Of a stretch of DNA of 64,000 bases, positions 30,293-39,694 are shown piece by piece. The translations under genes and the position numbers were made by a program. How positions within the stretch are numbered: position 1 is the stretch's first letter; every line of letters begins with the position of its first letter. Source of the stretch: Sedimentisphaerales bacterium (GTDB lineage Bacteria > Planctomycetota > Phycisphaerae > Sedimentisphaerales > SM23-30); assembly GCA_963663965.2 (NCBI GenBank), contig CAXXFK010000025.1, forward strand, positions 32,001 through 96,000. The letters are read 5' to 3'. The notes under the pieces were generated by a model. The model made no database searches, was not told the DNA's origin, and saw only the letters and a program-made list of their open reading frames with translations.

Positions 30293-32164
30293 ATGCTCAT
30301 GGTCTGGAACCAGATCGACCTGCCCGTACAGATCGATAAAATCCTGCGCACCAATTCCGACGCCCAACTGGCCGGTAGCCGTGCCGACATTATCGACATA
30401 GCCTGCGGCGGCCCCGACAGCAACCAGTGCGAAGTCGCCTACGAAGTCCCCGGCAAAGGCCGCGTGGTCGAAGCCACCGTCGTACGCTGCCGCAACGGCA
30501 TTGCGGTCAATTACCCCGATATCTACATGCGCCGGCGCGATCCCGATTGCATGATCATTGCTGACGATCAGCCCACCGATAAGGAACGGTTTGCCGATCG
30601 CTATCCCAACCTCTCCTTCGATAATCTGCAAAACGAAGTACTCAACTGGCTGGCCTCCCAGCCCCTCACCCTGCTGCCTTTCTATTGCGGGCGCAGCGGC
30701 CTCAACAAACGCGGCCTGCTCGTCGCGCCCCGGAACGCCGCCTTTTTCGTCGGCGGCCTGGCCGATTTACAGGAACCGCTCGTGTTCGAGCCCGGCGAAC
30801 TCTACCGGCCCCAGGTCATCATTTACGTCGCCCCGCCCTTCCGTCACACCCATTTCGACGGCAAACAGGTGGTCGTCCACAAACGCACTCCCGAACTGCA
30901 CGAAATCTACGCCTTCAACCTCTATCCCGGCCCCAGCGCCAAAAAAGGCGTCTACGGCGCCCTGCTCACCCTGGGCGAAGCCGAAAACTGGGTCACTCTT
31001 CACGGCTCCACCGTCCAGGTCGTTACCCCCTATGACAATATCTTCACCGTCATGCACGAAGGCGCCAGCGGCAGCGGCAAAAGCGAAATGCTCGAATACC
31101 CCCATCGCGAACCCGATGGCCAGCTCAAACTCGGCACCAACCTGATCACCGGCGAATCACGCTACGTCTCCATCGGCGTCGGTTGCAGCCTGCGGCCCGT
31201 CACCGACGACATGGCCCTGGCCCTGCCGCAACCGCCCGAACAGCGCGGCGGCAAGCTCGTCGTTCAGGACGCCGAAAACGCCTGGTTCGTGCGGGTCAAT
31301 CACATTACCCGCTATGGCGTCGATCCCCACCTGGAAAGCATCTGCGCCCATCCCGATCTGCCCATGATCTTCCTCAATATGCAGGGTGTCCCGCGCGCGA
31401 CCTGCCTGCTCTGGGAACATATCGAAGACGCTCCCGGCGTTCGCTGTCCCAATCCACGCGTCATCCTGCCGCGTACCCTGGTCCCTGGCGTGGTGGATCG
31501 TCCCGTCGAAGTCGATCTCCGCAGTTTTGGCGTGCGTACCCCGCCCTGCACCGCCGAAAATCCCTCCTACGGTATCATGGGTATGCTCCATGTCCTGCCC
31601 CCGGCCCTGGCCTGGCTCTGGCGCCTGATCGCGCCGCGCGGCCACGCCAACCCCAGTATCACCGAAGACAAAGGACTCGCCAGCGAGGGAGTCGGCTCCT
31701 ACTGGCCCTTCGCCACCGGACGCCGTGTTGTCCATGCCAACCTGCTGCTCGAACAGATTCTCCAGACCCCCAAAACCCGCTATACCCTCTCGCCCAACCA
31801 GCACATCGGCGCCTGGGATGTCGGCTTCATGCCCCAGTGGATCGTTCGGGAATACCTGGCCCGCCGCGGCTCGGCCAACTTCAACGAAGGCCAGCTCAAA
31901 CCCGCACGCTGCCCGCTGCTGGGCTATGTCCCGCGCTATATGCGGGTCGAAGGCGCCAATATCCCCAATATCTTCCTCGCTGTAGAAATCCAGCCCGAAG
32001 TCGGACTCGACGGCTACGACCGCGGCGCCGACCTGCTCCGCGACTTCTTCGTTCAGGAACTCGAACCCTACCTCGATGAAGATGACCTCCACCCGCTCGG
32101 CCGCCGCATCATCAAACACGTCATCGGCGGACCCTACCTCGAAACCCTGGAAAACCTGATCTAA
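30293..32164 (+). CDS. DUF4914 family protein (PEPCK-like P-loop)
   Basis: YMRRRDPDCM, NLYPGPSAKKGVY, HEGASGSGKSEM, TDDMAL, SEGVGSYWPF. Confidence 0.8.
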   Translation: MLMVWNQIDLPVQIDKILRTNSDAQLAGSRADIIDIACGGPDSNQCEVAYEVPGKGRVVEATVVRCRNGIAVNYPDIYMRRRDPDCMIIADDQPTDKERFADRYPNLSFDNLQNEVLNWLASQPLTLLPFYCGRSGLNKRGLLVAPRNAAFFVGGLADLQEPLVFEPGELYRPQVIIYVAPPFRHTHFDGKQVVVHKRTPELHEIYAFNLYPGPSAKKGVYGALLTLGEAENWVTLHGSTVQVVTPYDNIFTVMHEGASGSGKSEMLEYPHREPDGQLKLGTNLITGESRYVSIGVGCSLRPVTDDMALALPQPPEQRGGKLVVQDAENAWFVRVNHITRYGVDPHLESICAHPDLPMIFLNMQGVPRATCLLWEHIEDAPGVRCPNPRVILPRTLVPGVVDRPVEVDLRSFGVRTPPCTAENPSYGIMGMLHVLPPALAWLWRLIAPRGHANPSITEDKGLASEGVGSYWPFATGRRVVHANLLLEQILQTPKTRYTLSPNQHIGAWDVGFMPQWIVREYLARRGSANFNEGQLKPARCPLLGYVPRYMRVEGANIPNIFLAVEIQPEVGLDGYDRGADLLRDFFVQELEPYLDEDDLHPLGRRIIKHVIGGPYLETLENLI

Positions 32165-32171
32165 CGATATT

Positions 32172-33413
32172 ATGATGAAGTTTATCCCGATTAGCGTATT
32201 TAGCGTTATTTTGTCTATCGTTACCCTGGCTCTGGCCGATTGGCCCGAGTTCCACGGCCCCAACGGTTCTGGCATCGCTCCCGATGCCCAACCCCCGATC
32301 ATCTGGAGCGCCACCCGGAACATCACCTGGTCAACGCCCATCCCCGGCAGCGGCTGGTCCTCCCCGGTTATTTCCCACGGTAAAATCTACCTGACCGCCG
32401 CCACCGTCACCGGCGACACCCTCCAGGCCCTGCGCGTTCTTTGTGTGGATATGACTACCGGTGCCATCGATTGGGACCAGCCGGTTTTCGGTCCCTCCGA
32501 CAAAGCCGTCAAGCACACCAAAAACAGCCACGCCAGTTCTTCGGTGATCGTCGCCGACAACCGGATCTACGCCCACTTCGGCTACCTGGGCACCGCCTGC
32601 CTCGATCCCGCCGGCGCCATCCTCTGGACCAGTGATCAGCTCTATTACGATCCCATGCACGGCAACGGCGGCTCCCCGGTCATCTTCGACGACAAACTCA
32701 TCTTCCATTGCGACGCCAAAACCGATCCATACATCGCCGCCCTCGATACCCATACCGGCAACGTCGCCTGGCGCACACCCCGCGGCCCGGTCAAAGCCCG
32801 CAACAAATTCTCTTTTTGTACCCCCATCCTGGTCCCGGTCGCCGGCCAGACCCAACTCATCAGTCCCGCCAGCGGCGCCGTCTTTGCCTGCGACCCCGCC
32901 ACCGGCCGCGAACTCTGGCGCTTTGATTACGGCAACGGCTACTCCGTTACCCCGCGTCCCGTCACCGGCCACGGCCTGGTCTTTGTCAGCAGCGGCTTCG
33001 GCGATGACACCATCTACGCCATCCGGCCCGGCGGCTCCGGCAACGTCACCAGCTCCCACCTCGCCTGGAAAAACAAAGGCGACGCGCCCAACACCCCGTC
33101 CCTGCTCCTGGTCGGCGATGAACTCTATTACGTCGCCGATACCGGCAAAATGTCCTGCGTCGACGCCCGCACCGGCAAACCCCACTGGCAGCAGCGCGTC
33201 GCCGGCAAATACTCCTCCTCACCCGTTTGCGCCGACGGCCGCATCTATATTACCAACGAATCCGGCCTCACCTCCGTCCTCAAAGCCGGCCCCGCCTTCC
33301 AGCTCCTCGCCGAAAACGACCTCGCCGAAACCACCTACGCCACCCCGGCCCTCGCCGCCAACGCCCTCTTCATCCGCACCGAATCAAAACTCTACCGCAT
33401 CGAAAACAAATAA
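32172..33413 (+). CDS. PQQ-binding-like beta-propeller protein (BamB-like repeats)
   Basis: Signal peptide then DWPEFHGPNGSG, GWSSPV, repeated D-x-x-TG-x-x-x-W, ATPA...LFIRT. Confidence 0.88.
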   Translation: MMKFIPISVFSVILSIVTLALADWPEFHGPNGSGIAPDAQPPIIWSATRNITWSTPIPGSGWSSPVISHGKIYLTAATVTGDTLQALRVLCVDMTTGAIDWDQPVFGPSDKAVKHTKNSHASSSVIVADNRIYAHFGYLGTACLDPAGAILWTSDQLYYDPMHGNGGSPVIFDDKLIFHCDAKTDPYIAALDTHTGNVAWRTPRGPVKARNKFSFCTPILVPVAGQTQLISPASGAVFACDPATGRELWRFDYGNGYSVTPRPVTGHGLVFVSSGFGDDTIYAIRPGGSGNVTSSHLAWKNKGDAPNTPSLLLVGDELYYVADTGKMSCVDARTGKPHWQQRVAGKYSSSPVCADGRIYITNESGLTSVLKAGPAFQLLAENDLAETTYATPALAANALFIRTESKLYRIENK

Positions 33414-33448
33414 CCGGCTGTTCTATTCTTCCATTCCTTCCCTTTTCG

Positions 33449-34885
33449 CTACTTGACCGGTTCAAAAATAATCCGGCGATAAGCCGTCAGACCGGGTGTC
33501 CCGTCGTCCGTTACTTCACAGATCACATGAAAGCGCTTCCCGGCAGAACCGCCTGGCGCCGTTACGGTTATCCGGCTGGCATGTTTATCCGATAGTGCGA
33601 TTTCCTGTCTCCAACTGCCCGCCTCTGGCAGTACCCACCACGAGAAGGCCGGTTTATCTCCATCCGGATCGTAAGACGCCGAAGCGTCCAGAGTCACCGC
33701 GGCCCCTTCCTTTGGCCTGACCGTAATAATATCCAGCCCGTCCTTGCCATTGACCACCGCCACCGGATTACGATTCCCTCGACCATCCTTGGCCCAGTCC
33801 ATCCGTGCGGCAAAATTATTGAACGTTGCCGGATAAAAATAAGCCTCATAGTTACGGGACACCTCTTTGGTCCGGCCCTGGTGATTCTGATAGGCATGAG
33901 TCTCGTTATCCCGACAGGGTCCCCATTCGAAATATCCGCCCCAGCCAACCTGGTTGGCGACCGTCGGATCGTTCAATCCATTGGGCAACACATGCAGAAA
34001 CGACGGGGTATCGCCTTCGACGCCCCACTTGAATTTCGGATAAATCTGACCCAGGCTCCCATGATTCTGGATTTGGTCGGCGTACGTTTCCCAGTTGCTT
34101 TTCCCCATCCCATTTTGCGATAGCCACGCGCTCTCGTCCCAGATAAAGAACAGGTCCTTTTCAAACGCTTTCCGCAGCCACTGATGCGAGCTGAATGCCA
34201 GATTCGCCCGATCGCCATAAGGCACATCCTGATCCGTTATGGTATACACATACAATCGACCCAGAAAAGCCTTTAGCTGTTCCGGCGTGCGCTCTTTTTG
34301 TACCTTCCAGACCGCCTGCGCCAGCGTATTGCCGCCGCCCCAGACCGTTATCCACAACGGCCGCCCGTCGTTTTCATCCGCCAGTTTAATGATCAGATCG
34401 CTCCCGGCCGAGTGGTTGTCATCCCCCAGCGCCTGATACCCCATCTTCAAACTGCCAAACACCGTACGGCTCCGCAGGTAATCGACGCTCGGCCAGTATC
34501 CAATCCTCTGTTGACCGGCCTCCTGGTCCCGTGCCAGGAAATCCGTTTGCCCCGATCGTTTCATCAGGTTGGGCAGATCCCGTTCGTACGCGTCCAGGGT
34601 CGCCTTCAGATACGCCATCCACTCTTTCGGATAGCCGGCCTTCCCGCTGCTGTTCCAGCCGCTTGTGGCAACCAGACCCTCGATCTCGAACAGGTCGGCA
34701 TGGACCAGCAGCCGGACCATCGATTCCATATCATCCGGCTCGATATCGCCCGGCGCGATATCCGTCAAAACCACGATACGGGGCTTCAGCCCCGCCGCAT
34801 CGCCCGCACTTTTAGCGCCGGCCGCATCACAGGCAATTGGCGTCAAAGTAACCGCCAGCAACAAAGTCATAACCAGCTTCTTCAT
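33449..34885 (-). CDS. DUF1593 / nucleoside-hydrolase-like exported protein with C-terminal Ig-like domain
   Basis: RIVVLTDI...EPDDMESMVRLL, WGGGNTLAQ, EGDTPSF, ARMDW, LDASASYDPDGD. Confidence 0.85.
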   Translation of the reverse strand: MKKLVMTLLLAVTLTPIACDAAGAKSAGDAAGLKPRIVVLTDIAPGDIEPDDMESMVRLLVHADLFEIEGLVATSGWNSSGKAGYPKEWMAYLKATLDAYERDLPNLMKRSGQTDFLARDQEAGQQRIGYWPSVDYLRSRTVFGSLKMGYQALGDDNHSAGSDLIIKLADENDGRPLWITVWGGGNTLAQAVWKVQKERTPEQLKAFLGRLYVYTITDQDVPYGDRANLAFSSHQWLRKAFEKDLFFIWDESAWLSQNGMGKSNWETYADQIQNHGSLGQIYPKFKWGVEGDTPSFLHVLPNGLNDPTVANQVGWGGYFEWGPCRDNETHAYQNHQGRTKEVSRNYEAYFYPATFNNFAARMDWAKDGRGNRNPVAVVNGKDGLDIITVRPKEGAAVTLDASASYDPDGDKPAFSWWVLPEAGSWRQEIALSDKHASRITVTAPGGSAGKRFHVICEVTDDGTPGLTAYRRIIFEPVK

Positions 34886-35039
34886 ATCCATCTCCAAATA
34901 ATTGAGTTTGCAGCCAGGTTAATAAACGGGTTTGCCTTTACCGGTTAAGGTCCCATCCCAGAGATCTGGCCCGGATCGGCTCTCACCCATTATAGCAGCG
35001 CTTACTCAACATTGCCATATTCTTTATCCTGTCTAACCG

Positions 35040-35545
35040 GCCGTTATATTTTTTCTCAAATCTCAAATTCCCCCTCTTCAAACCTCCATTTCTATCTCCC
35101 ATTCCTTTCCTCAATTGAGTGTCCATTCGTCCCGATTCATCGGGGTTCGTGGTTCGCCCCGGCCCTGCCGGCTTGGCTGTTTCTCTTCGTGTGAACCTAT
35201 TTTCTTTTGATTTTTTTCCGCGTATTCCGTGTATTCCGTGGTCAACCCGGCTGTTATATTTTTAAATCAATTCCTAATTCTTAAATCCTGTCAATCGGCT
35301 GAAAGTCCCGGATATTGAGCAAAGCGAAATCCCGAGTCATCGGGATCGGGATTATCCTGTCCAAAAAACTGTTATATTATTCTTCCCCTTCGTGTAGCGC
35401 CGTAGGTCGTTGATCCGCCTAAGGAGGACGCTCTTCGTGCAGCCGCAGGCGTCTTCGTGGTTCAACCGGCTGTTATATTTTTTACCTTTCATCCGCTTTT
35501 TTAATTTAGTGTCCATTCGTGGTTCGGCTGTTTGGCTGTTTATTT
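35040..35545. repeat. Intergenic mosaic of short direct-repeat units with nested hairpins, punctuated by (CCGGCT)GTTATATT
   Basis: AGTGTCCATTCGT x2, TATTCCGTG x2, ATCCTGTC x2, CCCGA(T/G)TCATCGGG x2, GTTATATT x4. Confidence 0.7.
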
Positions 35546-35743
35546 CGCCTGTGGTCCTCCCCAGATTTTCTATTGATATAATCCCCATGACAGGTTAAAA
35601 TATCTTAATAAACCTGTAATCAAAGCCATTGGATTACGTCTATATACTAAAGGTTCTTACTTGGAGCTTGGTATCGTAAGTGTTTGATTAAATTGGAGAT
35701 CTGGAAAACCCGGAACAAAGGACATCCCAAAGGAGTATCCCTC

Positions 35744-36622
35744 ATGAAAGCCCGGTGCCAAGCCCCCAAAGCGTTTACCCTGGTCGATTTACTGGTTATT
35801 ATTACGATCATTGCCTTAGTATTGGCCATCTGGAGCCCCGTCAGTTCCCGGGCCAAACAACAGACAATGGCCGCGGTCTGCCTGTCGAACCAGAAAGCCC
35901 TGGCCATGGCCTGGACTGTCTATGCCGATGACAACAACCGCAGGCTCATCGGCGGCAATGCCAGCGGACCGGCCACCGGCGGCTATAACTACAGCAGCTG
36001 GCCCGGTTCAGAATCAACCTGGTGCCTGGAACCGACCAGAACTGAAAGTTCCCCGGAACAGCCGATACGTGCCATAACGGACACAGTGACTCTGGAACAA
36101 CGCTTTTACGGTATTCGTCTGGGCAAACTCTACCCCTATATTAAAAGGGTTGAGCCCTATCATTGCCCGGCCGATCCCTCGATCCAAAAAGCCCAACCCT
36201 TGGATATGTACCGTTCCTATTCCATTACCGGCACCATGAACGGCGAAGATGACCCGGATCATCATCCCTCTCAAGCCAAAAAAGCCTATGTCAAAATGGG
36301 TGAAATCAAAAAACCGGCCGCCAAAATGGTCTTCATCGAAGAATATTCACCGGAACAGTCCTGGTTGCATGGCAGCTGGGTCATGCATCTCTACAATCCG
36401 GATTATTACACTTTCTGGGATATCCCGGCCATCTGGCACGACCGGAAAAGCACGCTCAGTTTCGCCGATGGCCACGTCGAAATGGTCCAGTGGCAGGATG
36501 AACGCACCATTGAACTCGCCACCCTGAGCTGGTCTGAAGCCAGCGCTAAGAAAGCAGAGTATTCATATAAAAATCCCGATCTGGATTTCCTCTACCAGGC
36601 CCTGGGCGGTATCCCAAAGTAA
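35744..36622 (+). CDS. Prepilin-type N-terminal / H-X9-DG domain protein
   Basis: KAFTLVDLLVIITIIALVLAI, CLSNQKAL, YHCPAD, HDRKSTLSFADGH. Confidence 0.9.
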   Translation: MKARCQAPKAFTLVDLLVIITIIALVLAIWSPVSSRAKQQTMAAVCLSNQKALAMAWTVYADDNNRRLIGGNASGPATGGYNYSSWPGSESTWCLEPTRTESSPEQPIRAITDTVTLEQRFYGIRLGKLYPYIKRVEPYHCPADPSIQKAQPLDMYRSYSITGTMNGEDDPDHHPSQAKKAYVKMGEIKKPAAKMVFIEEYSPEQSWLHGSWVMHLYNPDYYTFWDIPAIWHDRKSTLSFADGHVEMVQWQDERTIELATLSWSEASAKKAEYSYKNPDLDFLYQALGGIPK

Positions 36623-36710
36623 ACCACCACATCCTCCCCCGCAGGATGAGGCAAATTTCTAATTTGCCCATGCTGGTCTGAATAGTTTCCCTTATTGTGG
36701 AGGCATATGA

Positions 36711-38396
36711 ATGGAATTTAACGGCTATATCTGGCAATTATACCGGGAGTCGAAACAGGGTTCCGAAACGATCCGGCTATTTGAGCTCTTGCAAAACTAT
36801 GCCTATCGTTCCGAAATAAGCCGGATCAGATATCAGGATACCTTTGAAAAACGCTTCAAAGGTTCTCCGCTGGCCGAAGGATTGCAGCGCTTATTGAAAC
36901 GAATCGAAGACGAAGGTGATTTGTCTGATATAGAGGTATTATCTGATCTGGTGTGGGAGGCTTTGAGGCAGGAAGCCAATATTAGTGTTTATTTAAATGA
37001 GGAATTTCAAGATTTATTTGATAGTGATGATCAAGATGTTATTGAGAAGTTGAAAAAGATAAGCCATGCAATCAACGAATCTCAATTATATGAAGGCATC
37101 GATTCGTTAGAGAAGGCCGAAGTGCTTTTTGATCTGGTTGATGAATACGGTATTTGGGATCATGATGATGAGTTAGAAATGGAGTGTTTTTATGATTCTG
37201 ATGACAATGAAAGGTTAGGTAATATTGACATAATATCACTGGCGCTTTCCTTTATTGCACCTGATTATTTTTTGCCTTATCTGTTCAGTCGGCAGTTTTA
37301 TCGACTCCAGGCCGTTGCTGAAATATTCCTGATTGACCTGCCCCCCGTGCCGGTCCGTCGTCAATATCGCGAGCGGTTCCGTTATTATTGGAAACTGTGT
37401 GAATTGTTGTATGAATTTCGCACTCAACATCATATGACCGCGGCTGAGTTGTGTGCTTTTCTTTACGATTTCGCGCATCAGTTTATCGATAATTACAAGG
37501 TTGCGGAATTGCCGGAACCGGCCGGAGTGTATATGACAGGCGGCCATCGAGGCGATCAGGAGTATCTGGAAACCGCTGATGATAATACCTCGAGTTTCTG
37601 GGCCGGGGATACGGATACCCTGCCCGGTGATATTGTGGTAATGTATGCTCTGAATCCCATGAGTTGTGTTCATTCGATCTGGCGGGCATTAACCCCTGGA
37701 TTTGCCGACCCCTTTTTTTATTATCGAAAACAGGTCTTGCTTGGTCATTATCAACGGGTTAAACCGATTACCCAGAAAGAAATGGAGTCCGATCCAATTC
37801 TGGGGCAATGGGGTCTGGTCCGGGGCAATATGCAGGGGGTGGGCGGCCGGTATATGGACCGTAAATATTATGATCGGTTGTTGGAATTATTACGGGAGAA
37901 AGGGGAAGATATTGATCGTTTGCCTAAACCGGCGTATACTGGCTTGGAAAACAATTCAATTGAGATTAAGAATGAGCGTGATGTAGAAATTCATTTGTTG
38001 GAACCACTGCTTCATAAACTGGGCTATTCCGACTCCGATTGGGTTAGACAACTGGTAGTGCGGATGGGGCGGGGTGACAAAGTTTACCCGGATTATGTAT
38101 TACAGCCACAAACCCGAAAAGGAGAGGAAAGTGGCAGATTTGTCTGTGAGGCCAAATTCCGTATCCCACACGAAAAACAATTGCATCAGGATTTTTTGCA
38201 GGCCCGGTCGTATGCCCTGAGGTTGTCGTGTGAAGCCTTGATGTTAGTGGCTTTCGATGGGGTTTGGATAAGCAGTACAAACGATGGCTATGTGTTTAAA
38301 AAGATCGTCAAATATTCATGGAATGATCTTCGGGAAGGAGATGGTTTATATAAGTTGAGGCAGCAATTCGGGAAAACCAGGGCGAAAAATAGTTAA
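36711..38396 (+). CDS. Putative restriction-type endonuclease: EVE/PUA-like domain plus C-terminal PD-(D/E)XK (HsdR_N-like) domain
   Basis: FWAG...PGDIVVMY...PITQKEMESDPIL...VRGNMQG (EVE-like); NERDVEIHLLEPLLHKLGY...PDYVL...VCEAK...QARSYA; lower GC than neighbours. Confidence 0.65.
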   Translation: MEFNGYIWQLYRESKQGSETIRLFELLQNYAYRSEISRIRYQDTFEKRFKGSPLAEGLQRLLKRIEDEGDLSDIEVLSDLVWEALRQEANISVYLNEEFQDLFDSDDQDVIEKLKKISHAINESQLYEGIDSLEKAEVLFDLVDEYGIWDHDDELEMECFYDSDDNERLGNIDIISLALSFIAPDYFLPYLFSRQFYRLQAVAEIFLIDLPPVPVRRQYRERFRYYWKLCELLYEFRTQHHMTAAELCAFLYDFAHQFIDNYKVAELPEPAGVYMTGGHRGDQEYLETADDNTSSFWAGDTDTLPGDIVVMYALNPMSCVHSIWRALTPGFADPFFYYRKQVLLGHYQRVKPITQKEMESDPILGQWGLVRGNMQGVGGRYMDRKYYDRLLELLREKGEDIDRLPKPAYTGLENNSIEIKNERDVEIHLLEPLLHKLGYSDSDWVRQLVVRMGRGDKVYPDYVLQPQTRKGEESGRFVCEAKFRIPHEKQLHQDFLQARSYALRLSCEALMLVAFDGVWISSTNDGYVFKKIVKYSWNDLREGDGLYKLRQQFGKTRAKNS

Positions 38397-38459
38397 ATCC
38401 CGTCGATCAAGTTCAAAAAACGCCCATCATATTTTATAATGTCTCAATTTAGAGCCATA

Positions 38460-39605
38460 CAACAGATTTACTCCCAAAACTCCCATACTTCCCATAACTC
38501 CCACTCAAGTACCACCGACATCCTGCCCGTGATTTCCCCTGTATCAATTCCATCAATCTCACAATATCAACCGGATTCACATTAACATTAACGAAACCCG
38601 AAGGGGCGAAGATCCGCCTCCGGCGGATTGCCAGTTCCTGGCCGGGGGTGTCAACCCGCCGGAATAAGTGCCCCCAACCAATCAAAGCCCTGAAAGGCCG
38701 ACAGAGGGGGAAATTAAGTGGGCATTCTGAATTTCTGCATTTATTCCGTGGCCGGCTCCTTGGTCTTCCCTGCTTATACGGCATACCATTGAAAATACCC
38801 GCTTGGCATTACAAAACATCATTATAAAACACAGTGTATATTATTTTATTGACAAACCCTGAAATCAACATAAATCTTTATTAAATAAACCATTAAGAAT
38901 AAATCAGCCAAATTTTATATCTGAAACCAATCTGTCATAAAAATTTAAATACAAAAATATTATGTTATATAATAGAAAAACATAATATTTAATTTGCTTT
39001 TAACTATAACTCGGTCTATAATACCAAAGTCGCCCCGATAGCCCCCGAACCACCCGCCTGAACCAGGCGTGCCCCGCCCCAACCGGCCACGCCCGCAGAG
39101 TCCCTCTGCGCATAGACCGTGGCGCCTTCAAGCGTAGCGAAGCGAAGCTTGTGGGTGCATACTCTTGGCCCCATACGATAGCGTGCGAACCAGACCCAAC
39201 CAGCCAATTTATTTTGGCTGTTAATAACTTACGAATGAAATGGAAACCAACAAAAACAACACAACCCGGCAACCCAGCCATAAAAGGCTTGAAAAGCCGA
39301 AAGTTTCTAGCCGGGGTCCGTAAGGCCCCGGTCAGCCCTCAACAAAGAATTGAGCTTATCCATAATAAAAAACATCATCCGCCTCAAGGCGGATACAAAT
39401 AATATCTCGGAGAGATCAAAAGCGCATAGCCCGCCAATTCATTGGCGGGAATACCCGAACCAGTGTAGAAAATTTTAACCCATGCCTCGTAGAGGCATAC
39501 CTGCAGGATTTCGCACCGGAGGCGAAAGATAAAACTAACCATGAGCGCAGCGAATACCAACTTAGAACAGAATCAATGGAGGCAAAACGAAACAAACCCA
39601 ATGCT
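38460..39605. repeat. Long intergenic region packed with diverse REP/MITE-like hairpins
   Basis: ATCCGCC-N3/4-GGCGGAT (38612, 39377), CCCGCCAAT-TC-ATTGGCGGG, CCGGGG...CCCCGG, ATGCCTC-GTA-GAGGCAT, CGCAGAG...CTCTGCG, TCCCA tandem, 12-bp AT-rich inverted repeat. Confidence 0.7.
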
Positions 39606-39694
39606 TAAAATTATTACCATAACATCAACCAAAACTTGAACTTAACAATATACTGATTTACTAATTTTAATTCCATTTAACAGGAGGTACAACC

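Noticed and set aside
3595..33456. Long antisense or alternative-frame ORFs (e.g. 3595-4413, 6027-7004, 7453-8448, 10227-11276, 14364-15551, 27356-28633, 31157-32341)
   Set aside because: Shadows of well-supported genes, expected with GC-rich codon bias; no recognisable motifs.
34348..34356. DnaA box TTATCCACA
   Set aside because: Single copy inside a CDS, with no cluster.
35040..35545. CRISPR array
   Set aside because: Repeats are short, heterogeneous and irregularly spaced, and no cas genes are present.
38449..39601. Small ORFs in the hairpin-rich intergenic region, or a transposase remnant
   Set aside because: Translations read as repeat-derived sequence, with no HUH or DDE motif.
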